DNA of 64,000 nt. Source: Pseudomonadales bacterium. Its GTDB lineage: Bacteria > Pseudomonadota > Gammaproteobacteria > Pseudomonadales > Azotimanducaceae. Position 1 is the stretch's first letter. The number at the start of each line of letters is the position of its first letter. The stretch is taken from NCBI GenBank assembly GCA_016779565.1, contig JADHNJ010000008.1:3303-67302 (forward strand). The letters are read 5' to 3'. The translations under genes and the position numbers were made by a program. The notes under the pieces were generated by a model that saw nothing but the letters and a program-made list of their open reading frames with translations, was not told the DNA's origin and searched no databases. Positions 21,319 through 30,785 of this stretch are shown here, piece after piece.

Positions 21319-21742
21319 GGCGATATGATACTTCTGATAGATCTGGAATGAAACTTGCTATGACGGCTGCTATGAAAGCTGCTGTTACAGCAGTCGTTGT
21401 GATAACCGCCATTGTTACAAGCGCCGCTGTCACAAGTGGCCTTCTTTTAAAAGCTTCTGCTATAAAAGCCGAAATAAACGAGGGCAAGTGAACGAGAAGA
21501 CAGCCGTTAGCAAAAATAAGCAAGCTAGAAGGTCAGCAGGAATAGTCGGTTAAAGCGCTGGTTGGCAGTTTAGATCTCAGAACGGAGCTCCTCGACTAGG
21601 AATCGTCAAGTCATGAACCCTTTAACTCAAGGCGATCATCATGTATCGCCGTGGCCACTACATGGTGGGGTGTAACTTAGCATTGGGGTTGCTTTGGCAT
21701 TCCAGTGATTCAGCCTTAGCGGCTGATAGCACTGGAGCCATG

Positions 21743-22477
21743 CTAGAGCTTAAAGTGCTCGCCCAAATAGACGGAGCGCACGAGTGGGTCTTCGATGATT
21801 GCTTCGCTGGTTCCGCTGGCAATAATCTGGCCCTCATTGACAATATAACCTCTGTGGCAAATATCTAAGGTCTCTCGCACATTGTGATCGGTGATCAAAA
21901 TACCGATTCCACGATTTGCTAAGTATTGGATGATGCCCTTAATGTCGCTCACAGATATGGGATCGACCCCAGCGAAAGGCTCATCAAGCAGCAAAAACTT
22001 GGGATCAGTGGTCAGTGCTCTGGCGATCTCAGCCCGTCTTCGTTCGCCGCCGCTCAGCGCAATGCCGAGACTGTCGCGAACATGGGTTAGATGAAACTCT
22101 TCTAATAACGCTTCTGTTCGCTCAAGGCGTTCAGATAAAGAAAGAGATGTGATGGTCTCAAATAAAGCGAGTAGATTGTCTTTAACCGAAAGTTTCCTAA
22201 AGATGCTGGCCTCCTGGGGGAGATAGCCCAGCCCCAGATGGGCTCGCTCGTGCATAGGACAGCAGGTAATGTCTGCCGGACCAAGCTCAATGGTACCTTG
22301 ATCCGGCTGGACCAATCCGGCAATCATGTAAAAACAGGTCGTCTTGCCCGCGCCATTTGGGCCAAGCAAACCGACAACTTCACCGGCTGAAACAGAAAAA
22401 CTCACGTCGCTAACAACGACACGACCCCGAAATTGCTTATGTAGGTTTGAGACGGATAGCTGCTTAGTCAAAATCAA
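21743..22477 (-). CDS. lptB: LPS export ABC transporter ATPase LptB
   Basis: TTG start. Walker [10 protein letters not shown], signature LSGGERRR and Walker B LLLDEP. Follows lptA. Confidence 0.96.
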   Translation of the reverse strand: MILTKQLSVSNLHKQFRGRVVVSDVSFSVSAGEVVGLLGPNGAGKTTCFYMIAGLVQPDQGTIELGPADITCCPMHERAHLGLGYLPQEASIFRKLSVKDNLLALFETITSLSLSERLERTEALLEEFHLTHVRDSLGIALSGGERRRAEIARALTTDPKFLLLDEPFAGVDPISVSDIKGIIQYLANRGIGILITDHNVRETLDICHRGYIVNEGQIIASGTSEAIIEDPLVRSVYLGEHFKL

Positions 22478-22482
22478 TCTCT

Positions 22483-22989
22483 TTAAGGCTTTGGGTTGAT
22501 AGTGAGATTGATTCGGCCAGTGCTTGAACCGTCATTCTCAACTTTAAAAAGCCCTTGCTGTAAATTGTAACTCAGCAGATTGCCTTGATATCGGTCCTCT
22601 CCCTGCTCTAGCAGTGCTCTCCCCATTAAAGTCAGTGTTTCAGATGACACGAGGTATTGAATATCATCTGCTGAAGCGGCAATTTTAGGCCGCGAGCCAA
22701 ACGCGGCTCGTTGGAACTTAGCAGGTGCCTGATCATCACCAATCGCAGAAATCGACACAAGGGTTTTGTCCTCGCTTAGTAGGATGACTTGCTCCGCCGT
22801 GATTTCAAGGTCGCCTTGACTGATGATGACATTGCCGAAGTATTCACTCTTGCCCAAGGTTTCATTAACCGTCGCTCGGTCTGCTTGAATCGTGATTGGC
22901 AGAGGCGCAGAACGATTGGAATCTGCGTGCACATCGTTAGAGCCAATGATTAAGAGTATCGAGATACTCCAGAGCACGAAGGAATTCAT
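22483..22989 (-). CDS. lptA: LPS transport periplasmic protein LptA
   Basis: Signal peptide [22 protein letters not shown] followed by an OstA-like beta-jellyroll sequence. Lies between lptC and lptB. Confidence 0.9.
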   Translation of the reverse strand: MNSFVLWSISILLIIGSNDVHADSNRSAPLPITIQADRATVNETLGKSEYFGNVIISQGDLEITAEQVILLSEDKTLVSISAIGDDQAPAKFQRAAFGSRPKIAASADDIQYLVSSETLTLMGRALLEQGEDRYQGNLLSYNLQQGLFKVENDGSSTGRINLTINPKP

Positions 22990-23056
22990 GAGAAATGCCT
23001 TTAATCGACAGTGTAGCGAAGAGTGTAGCACGGTAAAAAATCGGCGTTACCAGAGA

Positions 23057-23671
23057 TTAGAGATCAAAATGAATCGTTGTGATAACGCGCTGTTTAGCGC
23101 TGGAATAAAAAGCAAACTCGTCCTGATTCAAATTGGCCCGAAGCCCCGCCGCTGAAGTTTTTGTGTTTCGGGTAAATATGCTGACTTCAGCATCGCTCTC
23201 CGCGAGGTTTTCATCGGGATAGACTTGCAGCGTTTGCGTAGTAAAAGTGGTTTTTTCACCACTAGGCCCCTCTTTCTCTGCCAGCACCGAGTTCCAGAGT
23301 TCTACCGCTTGTTTGCGGTATTTAGATCCTTCGAGTAACCGCCCCTGGGACGATGAAATTGTCCAAGGCATATCGGAATCTTGTGCAAACAGTTCGAGGT
23401 TTGGGCGATCTAAAGCGGTGACATCCGTCAAAGGATAGTGGGTGAAACGTTCTGCAGCGATTTTCGATTGGAGCTCGCCCCTCGAATTAATTTGACTGAT
23501 AGATGCTTTAATCATGTAAAGATCCGGTTCATTCAATTGAGGCGTTGGGTTCAGATTCGCCTGATCAGGATTGATCGTTTGATCGAGTATCACGGCGCCG
23601 ACGTAAAGACAGAGCAGCACGAGCAGGGCACGGTATCGCAGAGTTTTGTTCCTAAAGAGCGACTCGAACAT
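23057..23671 (-). CDS. lptC: LPS export system protein LptC
   Basis: 204 aa with a single N-terminal TM helix. Lies immediately upstream of lptA. Confidence 0.85.
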   Translation of the reverse strand: MFESLFRNKTLRYRALLVLLCLYVGAVILDQTINPDQANLNPTPQLNEPDLYMIKASISQINSRGELQSKIAAERFTHYPLTDVTALDRPNLELFAQDSDMPWTISSSQGRLLEGSKYRKQAVELWNSVLAEKEGPSGEKTTFTTQTLQVYPDENLAESDAEVSIFTRNTKTSAAGLRANLNQDEFAFYSSAKQRVITTIHFDL

Positions 23672-23841
23672 CTCGATCAGTCCCGAAGATTAACGATTGT
23701 TAGGGCTAAGGGTAATCCATTTACAGGATCCTCGCGATGCCTATCAGGATGCCGACCCGCTGAGGTCTTTAGAAGACTTTAGCTTGGGCTTTCAACGCTG
23801 CTTTGTTCGCATGGTATGATGCGGTCATTTTGGGGAAGACC

Positions 23842-24072
23842 ATGGATCTTGGGAAACTAGAAAGCGATATCAAAGATCAGCTTCAGGCGGATCAGGTCGA
23901 GTTGAGTCTCGAGGGTAATCGGTTATCCGTATTGGTTGTTGCTGAGTGTTTTGAGTCGTTAAATCGGGTCAAGCGGCAGCAACGTGTATACAGCTTTTTA
24001 AATGACTATATTGCTGATGGCAGCTTGCACGCTGTTTCGATAAAGGCGGTTGCGCCAGCAGAAATACGCTAA
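23842..24072 (+). CDS. ibaG: BolA-family protein IbaG (YrbA)
   Basis: About 76 aa with RVKRQQRVYSFL and LHAVSIKA motifs typical of the BolA fold. Directly abuts the murA start, as in other gammaproteobacteria. Confidence 0.85.
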   Translation: MDLGKLESDIKDQLQADQVELSLEGNRLSVLVVAECFESLNRVKRQQRVYSFLNDYIADGSLHAVSIKAVAPAEIR

Positions 24073-25341
24073 ATGGCATTGTTACGAATACAGGGCGGCA
24101 CCGCTTTGTGTGGCGATATCGTCGCCTCAAGTGCAAAAAACTCAGTAATCAATTTGATTTCGGCAGCTTTGCTGGCTGATGGCTCAGTGACGCTGGGTAA
24201 TGTCCCGCACCTTAGAGATGTGTCGACGATGATTGAGCTACTCGGGCACATGGGGGTCGTTGTGGTCATCAACGATCGTATGGAGCTCGAGATTCATCCA
24301 AATGCTATCACGTCAATGAAAGCCCCTTATGAACTGGTTAAAACAATGCGCGCTTCGTTCAACGTGCTGGGACCTCTAATTGCGCGCTATGGGGAGGCCG
24401 AGGTGTCCTTACCCGGGGGGTGTGCAATCGGAACGAGACCAGTTGATCAGCATTTAAAAGGTCTCAGAGCCTTGGGTGCCGATATAACGATGCATGAGGG
24501 GTATGTTCGCGGCGTAGTCTCTGGAAGGTTGCAAGCCGCTCGGATTATGTTTGATTTCTCAACGGTCGGTGGCACTGAGCACATTATGACGGCAGCGGTT
24601 CTTGCCGAGGGAACAACAGTGCTAGAAAACTGTGCGAAAGAACCGGAAATCGAGGACTTAGCTAGGTTTTTAAACGTGTTGGGCGCGGATATTCGAGGCG
24701 CGGGCACAAGTCGGATCGAGATCCATGGCGTCGAGCGGTTGAGCGGCGGTTATTACGAGGCGATTTCCGATCGAATCGAAGTTGGAACCTACCTGATAGC
24801 TGCTGCGGCTTCGGGTGGTAGCATCACGGTTAACAATGCCTTAGCGAGCCACAACACGGCCCTTTTGGCAAAACTGCAAGAAGCTGGGGCAGCCATCGAA
24901 ATTGGTGATAACTGCATAACCTTGGACATGACGGGCCGTCAGCTGAAAGCGGTTAATATCGTGACAGGGCCTTATCCAGCTTTTCCAACGGATCTTCAGG
25001 CACAAATGATGACGCTAAATTGCCTGGCAAAAGGGGCAAGTTCGATTCAAGAAACAATTTTTGAGAATCGGTTTATGCATGTTCCCGAGCTGATTCGCAT
25101 GGGTGCCGAAATTGAGCTTCAGAACAATAATTCCGTAGCCCTCGTAAAGGGGGTTGATCGTCTGGTGGGCGCACAGGTGATGGCAACGGATTTAAGAGCC
25201 TCGGCGAGCTTGGTTATCGCTGGTATCGCAGCTGATGGAGAGACGACCGTAGACCGGGTCTATCACATAGATCGAGGTTATCAGCAGATAGAGGAACGGA
25301 TGCAACGTCTAGGTGTTGATATTCGACGGGAGGCGCGTTAG
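24073..25341 (+). CDS. murA: UDP-N-acetylglucosamine 1-carboxyvinyltransferase
   Basis: 422 aa. Active-site Cys loop LPGGCAIGTRPVDQHL. Confidence 0.97.
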   Translation: MALLRIQGGTALCGDIVASSAKNSVINLISAALLADGSVTLGNVPHLRDVSTMIELLGHMGVVVVINDRMELEIHPNAITSMKAPYELVKTMRASFNVLGPLIARYGEAEVSLPGGCAIGTRPVDQHLKGLRALGADITMHEGYVRGVVSGRLQAARIMFDFSTVGGTEHIMTAAVLAEGTTVLENCAKEPEIEDLARFLNVLGADIRGAGTSRIEIHGVERLSGGYYEAISDRIEVGTYLIAAAASGGSITVNNALASHNTALLAKLQEAGAAIEIGDNCITLDMTGRQLKAVNIVTGPYPAFPTDLQAQMMTLNCLAKGASSIQETIFENRFMHVPELIRMGAEIELQNNNSVALVKGVDRLVGAQVMATDLRASASLVIAGIAADGETTVDRVYHIDRGYQQIEERMQRLGVDIRREAR

Positions 25342-25983
25342 ATGTTCGATGAATTAGCCCATCCATTGGTTATTGCCCTGAGCAAAGGGCGACCTCTGGC
25401 TCAGCAGTTGGCGCTCCTGCAAAGGCTTGGTATTGAGCCTTCCGAAGATATTACGACGTCCCGCAAATTGGTGGTGAAGGGTAACCATCCTCAAATTCGA
25501 CTCATGGTTTTGCGTGGTCACGACGTTGCAACATATGTCGAGCATGGTATTGCTGATATTGGTATCGTCGGAAAAGATGTGCTTTTGGAGTTTCCAGGGG
25601 ACAATTTTTATGAGCCTCTGGATTTGAAATTGTCCCAATGTCAGCTGATCGTTGCTGGATTAATCGATGAGAAGCCCTTGCCGCGCCGGTTGCGGGTAGC
25701 GACAAAATTTATAGAGACAGCGAAGCGTTTTTACGCCAGTGAGGGGACCCAAATCGATATGATTCGGCTCACAGGCGGCTTGGAGTTAGCGCCGGTCATG
25801 GGGCTTGCAGACCGTATTGTTGATATTGTCGAAACCGGAAGCACGCTCGTTGCCAACGGCCTGGAACCTAAGGCTTTCATATGCGACATCTCTTCACGCT
25901 TGATCATTAACAAAGTTGCTTTTAAGACTAAACAACCCATGATCGACCGGTTTATCGAGTCCATGATGGCGGAAACACAATGA
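25342..25983 (+). CDS. hisG: ATP phosphoribosyltransferase, short form
   Basis: 213 aa (HisG-S length). Motifs LVIALSKGR and DIVETGSTL. The ATG directly follows the murA stop. Confidence 0.94.
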   Translation: MFDELAHPLVIALSKGRPLAQQLALLQRLGIEPSEDITTSRKLVVKGNHPQIRLMVLRGHDVATYVEHGIADIGIVGKDVLLEFPGDNFYEPLDLKLSQCQLIVAGLIDEKPLPRRLRVATKFIETAKRFYASEGTQIDMIRLTGGLELAPVMGLADRIVDIVETGSTLVANGLEPKAFICDISSRLIINKVAFKTKQPMIDRFIESMMAETQ

Positions 25984-27287
25984 TGCGGCGTTTATCCTCC
26001 GAATCTGCAGATTTCGACGCCGAGTTGGCAACCTGTCTGCAGCAGCGTTCGCTGATCTCGCCGGAGGTGCACCTTCGAGTCGCCGAGATAATAGCCGATG
26101 TCAGGGATAACGGTGATTCAGCGCTACTAGCCTATGCTCGGCGTTTTGATCAGTTCGCGGGTGAAACCGTTCAGGCCATGCGAGTCTCTGAAGAAGCCAT
26201 TAAAACGGCTCGTATGCACATCAGCCCAACCATCGACACTGCTCTGGGGCACGCAGCTGACCGGATAACAAAATATCACATAGAGCAAAAAAGGGCGCTT
26301 GGTCAAAGTTGGGAGTTTATTGATGGTGCTGGCAATCGGCTGGGTCAACAGGTGCAGGCGATGCATCGAGTGGGGCTCTATGCGCCGGGTGGTAAGGCAT
26401 TTTACCCCTCGACCGTGCTGATGACAGCGATTCCCGCGCGGGTTGCTGGTGTTGACCAAGTCGTGTTGGCTGTACCGGCTGGGCAAGGCGAACCAAGTCC
26501 TGTGCTTTTAGCGGCTGCGGCGCACTCGGGGGTTGATGAGGTTTGGCTGATGGGGGGGGCTCAGGCGATAGCGGCATTGGCCTACGGTACTGAATCAATA
26601 GCCGCAGTGGATAAAATTTGCGGGCCAGGCAATATTTTTGTCACCGCCGCAAAGAAGCAAGTATTTGGTGATGTGGGTATTGATATGCTGGCTGGACCCT
26701 CAGAGGTTTTGGTGGTCGCTGATCAAAGCGCAGACGTCGAGTGGATTGTCGCTGACCTGATGGCGCAAGCTGAACACGATGAGCAGGCACAGGCCATTGT
26801 CGTATCAGAAGACCCGGCGCTGCTGGATGCGATTGAGGCCAGCATATCAGCGGCTGCTGCGCAGCAACCTCGACGTGAGATTATCGAATCCTCCTTATCG
26901 TCCCGTGGTGTGTTGATTCTGGTCTCCAGTCGGACAGAAGCGATTGGTATCATCAATAAAATTGCGCCGGAGCATTTGGAGCTCGCGGTGAGTGATCCCA
27001 AAGAATGGTTGCCAGAGATCAAAGCTGCCGGAGCCATATTTGTTGGGCCTTATTCCCCAGAGGTGGTAGGCGACTACACTGCCGGACCGAGTCATGTATT
27101 GCCGACCAGTGGGACCGCGAGGTTCGCCTCAGCCCTTGGCGTCTATGACTTTCAATTACGGCAGTCCTTGATCCAATGTTCCGCTGAGGGCGTGCAGTCC
27201 CTGGCTAAGACAGCCGAAGTACTTGCGATTGAGGAAGGATTGCACGCGCACGCTTTGTCTGCTTCAGAACGCATTGATGACGCCTGA
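25980..27287 (+). CDS. hisD: Histidinol dehydrogenase
   Basis: 435 aa. Motifs [20 protein letters not shown] and HVLPT. 4-nt overlap with hisG. Confidence 0.96.
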   Translation: MMRRLSSESADFDAELATCLQQRSLISPEVHLRVAEIIADVRDNGDSALLAYARRFDQFAGETVQAMRVSEEAIKTARMHISPTIDTALGHAADRITKYHIEQKRALGQSWEFIDGAGNRLGQQVQAMHRVGLYAPGGKAFYPSTVLMTAIPARVAGVDQVVLAVPAGQGEPSPVLLAAAAHSGVDEVWLMGGAQAIAALAYGTESIAAVDKICGPGNIFVTAAKKQVFGDVGIDMLAGPSEVLVVADQSADVEWIVADLMAQAEHDEQAQAIVVSEDPALLDAIEASISAAAAQQPRREIIESSLSSRGVLILVSSRTEAIGIINKIAPEHLELAVSDPKEWLPEIKAAGAIFVGPYSPEVVGDYTAGPSHVLPTSGTARFASALGVYDFQLRQSLIQCSAEGVQSLAKTAEVLAIEEGLHAHALSASERIDDA

Positions 27288-28384
27288 TGGTTGCTGGTGT
27301 TTTAGCGAGCTATCACAGCTTAATCGAAGACGGCACCCTTCAACCGGATGTTGCGCAGGGTAAGGCGGTAAAAGCACTTGCCGATCTTTCGGATCAGTTA
27401 GTCGCTCAGCGCGTATCAAAAAAGCCGTTTTGGGCATTTCGGCGATCGTCACCTGAGCCCATCAAGGGGCTGTACCTTTGGGGCGGCGTTGGTCGAGGCA
27501 AGACGTTTTTGATGGATTTGTTTTTTAACCAGCTCCAGGACACCCCCAAAAAGCGCGTGCATTTTTATCGTTTTATGCGGGAGGTCCATCAGGAATTGGC
27601 CCGATTGCAGGGGCGAACTGATCCTTTGCAAGGGGTAGCAGAAAAGATAGCAAGAGAAGCAAAAGTGCTTTGCTTTGATGAGTTTTTTGTCTCCGACATT
27701 ACCGATGCGATGATTCTGTCAGGGATTTTAAAAGGATTGTTTGATCAGGGTGTAACGCTCGTCGCTACTTCTAATTTGCCGCCCCAGGAACTTTACAAAG
27801 ATGGCTTGCAGCGGCGTAAGTTTCTACCGGCAATCGAACTTTTAGAAAGCAATAACCAAGTTCTGAATGTCGATAGCGGATACGATTACAGAATGCGTTC
27901 GCTCACCCAAGCGCCGCTTTATTATATTGGATTGAACCCAGGTAGCGAAGATGCTTTGCGGGGGCTTTTTCATCGTTTAACGGCCGAAGATGCGGTACAT
28001 GAAGGGTCAGACCAAGGTTTGGTGGTGGCTAGCCGAACAATACCCGCGCTTGGTTTAGCCGGAGACGTGGCGTGGTTTGCCTTTGAGGCGTTATGCGATG
28101 GGCCTCGAAGCCAAAACGATTATATTGAAATCGCGGAGCAGTTTGGAACCGTGTTTTTAAGTGGCGTGCCGCGGTTTTCAGAATACCAAGAGGATCAGGC
28201 GAGGCGATTTATTAGCCTAGTTGACGAGTTTTATGACAGACACGTTAAACTCGTGCTGTCAGCAGAAGCATCTATTTCCGAGCTGTATCAGGGCCGCCGT
28301 CTACGGTTTGAATTTGAAAGAACCGAATCGCGATTGCTCGAGATGCAAAGTACGACCTATATTGGGGCTCAGCATCTGATTTGA
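27287..28384 (+). CDS. zapE: AFG1-like ATPase / cell division factor ZapE
   Basis: Walker A WGGVGRGKTFLMD and Walker B VLCFDEF. The start overlaps the hisD stop (TGATG). Confidence 0.9.
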   Translation: MVAGVLASYHSLIEDGTLQPDVAQGKAVKALADLSDQLVAQRVSKKPFWAFRRSSPEPIKGLYLWGGVGRGKTFLMDLFFNQLQDTPKKRVHFYRFMREVHQELARLQGRTDPLQGVAEKIAREAKVLCFDEFFVSDITDAMILSGILKGLFDQGVTLVATSNLPPQELYKDGLQRRKFLPAIELLESNNQVLNVDSGYDYRMRSLTQAPLYYIGLNPGSEDALRGLFHRLTAEDAVHEGSDQGLVVASRTIPALGLAGDVAWFAFEALCDGPRSQNDYIEIAEQFGTVFLSGVPRFSEYQEDQARRFISLVDEFYDRHVKLVLSAEASISELYQGRRLRFEFERTESRLLEMQSTTYIGAQHLI

Positions 28385-28509
28385 GCGTCGTTGGATTAGC
28401 CCCAGCCGCTGATTTAAAGGTCGATTTAAATGTGAGAGGGGCTATCTTGACCAACTGAGACTAGAGCAATCAGTCTAGGCTTCATAAGCCAAGGGGTTGG
28501 GCACAATGG

Positions 28510-28902
28510 GTGAGTCAATTAATGGCCGATGAGTCAAATCATCTAAGGGTCGTTCCACTCATATGGGTAGCCGATGCCGAGTCGTCGACCTTCTATTGCG
28601 AGAAGCTTGGCTTTCGAATGGTTAACGCGTTGCGTCCAGACGATGTCTTAGCGTGGTGCTCCCTAACGAAAGGGAACTCACAATCGATGCTACAGCAGCA
28701 CAACAAAGAACGTAAATTTCAGAAGCCCCATGGCATCCAGCTGTATATTATTTGCCAAGATCTTGATCAGGTTTGTGCCGAGATTCAGGGCAGAGGCGGC
28801 GCCTCAACAGACATCAGCTATACCTTTTTCAATTTGCGCCAATTTTTCGTCACCGACCCTGATGACAACGGCATTTGTTTTGAGAGCCCAGTGGAAACCT
28901 AA
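28510..28902 (+). CDS. VOC (glyoxalase/bleomycin-resistance) family protein
   Basis: 130 aa. Motifs FYCEKLGF and FFVTDPDDNGICF are typical of the VOC fold. The start is GTG 28510 or ATG 28522. Confidence 0.65.
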   Translation: MSQLMADESNHLRVVPLIWVADAESSTFYCEKLGFRMVNALRPDDVLAWCSLTKGNSQSMLQQHNKERKFQKPHGIQLYIICQDLDQVCAEIQGRGGASTDISYTFFNLRQFFVTDPDDNGICFESPVET

Positions 28903-28951
28903 TGGGTTTTCAGCGAGGGTTGGGAAAAGGAAGCCATAGTAAAGAGGCCTT

Positions 28952-28987
28952 GGGGTGTTTGGAGTGTTTGGAGTGTTTGGGGTGTTG
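28952..28987. repeat. 4 x 9-bp tandem repeat (GGGGTGTTT GGAGTGTTT GGAGTGTTT GGGGTGTTG)
   Basis: Read directly from the sequence. The last unit runs into the putative -35 element of the rplM promoter. Confidence 0.9.
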
Positions 28988-29013
28988 CTTATACCTCAGG
29001 GCTTGGGTAAGAT
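28985..29013 (+). promoter_or_regulatory. Putative sigma-70 promoter of rplM-rpsI (TTGCTT-N17-TAAGAT)
   Basis: The hexamers have a 17-nt spacer and lie about 160 nt upstream of the rplM ATG. Sequence inspection only. Confidence 0.4.
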
Positions 29014-29171
29014 GCGCGCTCTCAAAATTTTAAGACGTAGTGCTCGCGGGGCTTCTCTTAGTAGAAGAAAAAGACGCAGCAACTGCGACGCAAAAGGATG
29101 GGTGGGGGACAAAGTAACATTACTCGTTCGTAACGATTCCGTATCGCCAGATCAAGAGGTTAGGGGCCAAG

Positions 29172-29600
29172 ATGAAGACGGTCAGTGCAAAAAAAGAAAC
29201 GGTTACCCGAAAGTGGTTCATAGTGGATGCTACAGATAAGACGCTGGGCAGGCTTAGCACTGAAATAGCCAACCGCCTTCGAGGCAAGCATAAAGCCTGT
29301 TTCACACCCCATGTCGACACGGGGGACTATGTCATTGTGGTCAATGCCGAAAAGGTCAAGGTCACCGGACGAAAGGAAACCGACAAGACATATTACCATC
29401 ACACAGGTTTCCCTGGAGGTATCAAGTCGATTACCTTTGACAAGTTGATCGAGAAAGCGCCGGAGCGAATTATTGAAACTGCTGTCAAGGGTATGATGCC
29501 CAAGAATAAATTAAGTCGAGCGATGCTAGGTAAGCTCAAGGTTTATGCGGGGGACTCGCATCCCCATGCCGCTCAGCAGCCCGAAGCATTAGAGATATAG
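29172..29600 (+). CDS. rplM: 50S ribosomal protein L13
   Basis: [20 protein letters not shown].. closely matches the L13 N-terminus. 142 aa. Confidence 0.98.
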   Translation: MKTVSAKKETVTRKWFIVDATDKTLGRLSTEIANRLRGKHKACFTPHVDTGDYVIVVNAEKVKVTGRKETDKTYYHHTGFPGGIKSITFDKLIEKAPERIIETAVKGMMPKNKLSRAMLGKLKVYAGDSHPHAAQQPEALEI

Positions 29601-29612
29601 GTAAGGTCAGTT

Positions 29613-29999
29613 ATGAATCAGTACTATGGAACAGGGCGAAGAAAAACCGCGAAAGCACGGGTTTTTATGAGCTTAGGGGATGGCAGTATAGAAGTTAACA
29701 ATCAGCCCCTCGATGAATATTTTGGGCGAGAGACCGCACGAATGGTTGTTCGTCAACCTCTTGAGCTTGTTGATCTAGCTGAGCGTTTTACGGTTAGGGT
29801 TACAGTCAAAGGCGGCGGCGGTTTCGGTCAAGCGGGTGCCATTCGTCATGGTATTACCCGTGCGCTGATGGCGTATGACGAAACACTGCGTCCAACGCTC
29901 AGGCGGGCTGGGTATGTCACCAGAGACGCACGAAGCGTCGAGCGGAAGAAAGTCGGTCTTAGAAAGGCTAGAAAGAAGCCGCAGTTTTCCAAACGTTAA
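29613..29999 (+). CDS. rpsI: 30S ribosomal protein S9
   Basis: 128 aa. Motifs [13 protein letters not shown] and the C-terminal ..KKPQFSKR. Confidence 0.98.
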   Translation: MNQYYGTGRRKTAKARVFMSLGDGSIEVNNQPLDEYFGRETARMVVRQPLELVDLAERFTVRVTVKGGGGFGQAGAIRHGITRALMAYDETLRPTLRRAGYVTRDARSVERKKVGLRKARKKPQFSKR

Positions 30000-30013
30000 G
30001 CCGAAGGCAAAGC

Positions 30014-30042
30014 AAAGCGGAGCAAAAGCTCCGCTTTTTTTT
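30014..30042 (+). terminator. Rho-independent terminator after rpsI
   Basis: 10-bp stem AAAGCGGAGC/GCTCCGCTTT with loop AAAA, followed by a T5 run. Confidence 0.85.
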
Positions 30043-30185
30043 GGGCGATATTTTTCCAGCTTGGCACCGCCCATTTAGAGTGGAGTGTGATAGAATGCCG
30101 CCGCTGAGAAAAGGCGTTGCAAAGGCCCTCGGCGAGCACTGTTTTGACCTAGGCAAGGTCAGTTAGGATTAAGCGGAGAGAAGTT

Positions 30186-30785
30186 GTGAGTGAGAGTAGC
30201 GTTAATTCCGGACGGCGGAATTTTCTTCTCGGTGCCACCGCAGTCGTAGGCGCCGGCGGCGTCGCTGGCTTAGCGGTACCGTTCGTAGGGTCATGGAGCC
30301 CAAGTGCACGAGCTTTAGCAGCTGGGGCGCCCATTAAGGTTGATATCAGTCGCCTTGAACCTGGAGAGATTCTTGGGCCCATACCAGCTTGGCGCGACAA
30401 GCCGGTGTTTGTGTTTCGCAGATCAGAGACGATGCTGGCGCAGCTTGATGAACGTCCAGAGCGATTAGCGGACCCGGCATCAGAACGGCAGCAGCAGCCC
30501 AGCTATGCAAAAAATAGCACAAGGTCCATTCGGCCAGATATCGCTGTTCTAATTGGGTTGTGTACCCATCTTAGTTGCTCTCCTAAGTATCGACCCGCCA
30601 TCGAGCCCCAAGAATTTGATCCGGAGTGGGCGGGAGGCTTCTATTGCCCTTGCCACGGATCTAAGTTCGACTTGGCGGGACGTGTTTATCAAGGGGTACC
30701 GGCACCCTCTAATTTGGAAGTACCGCCTCACTATTACGAGAGTGATAACGTGGTTGTGATCGGTGAAGACGAGGGGGTTGCCTAA
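30186..30785 (+). CDS. petA: Ubiquinol-cytochrome c reductase Rieske iron-sulfur subunit
   Basis: GTG start. Tat-type signal GRRNFLLGATA. Rieske boxes CTHLSC and CPCHGS. Confidence 0.95.
   Translation: MSESSVNSGRRNFLLGATAVVGAGGVAGLAVPFVGSWSPSARALAAGAPIKVDISRLEPGEILGPIPAWRDKPVFVFRRSETMLAQLDERPERLADPASERQQQPSYAKNSTRSIRPDIAVLIGLCTHLSCSPKYRPAIEPQEFDPEWAGGFYCPCHGSKFDLAGRVYQGVPAPSNLEVPPHYYESDNVVVIGEDEGVA

Noticed and set aside
21658-21741. 27-aa ORF (MAPVLSAAKAESLECQSNPNAKLHPTM) starting 1 nt after the lptB stop.
   Set aside because: It is short and hydrophilic, with no SD and no recognisable family. I kept it only as context for the lptB-rpoN spacer finding.
28955-29239. 94-aa ORF starting MFGVFGVFGVLL upstream of rplM.
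   Set aside because: It is generated by the 9-bp tandem repeat and runs through the rplM promoter and leader into the rplM start. The basic, low-complexity sequence is not credible as a gene.
30560-30580. Rieske box I reads CTHLSC rather than the usual CTHLGC.
   Set aside because: The Cys and His ligands are intact and box II (CPCHGS) is canonical. A Gly-to-Ser change is probably a tolerated lineage variant and cannot be evaluated without an alignment.
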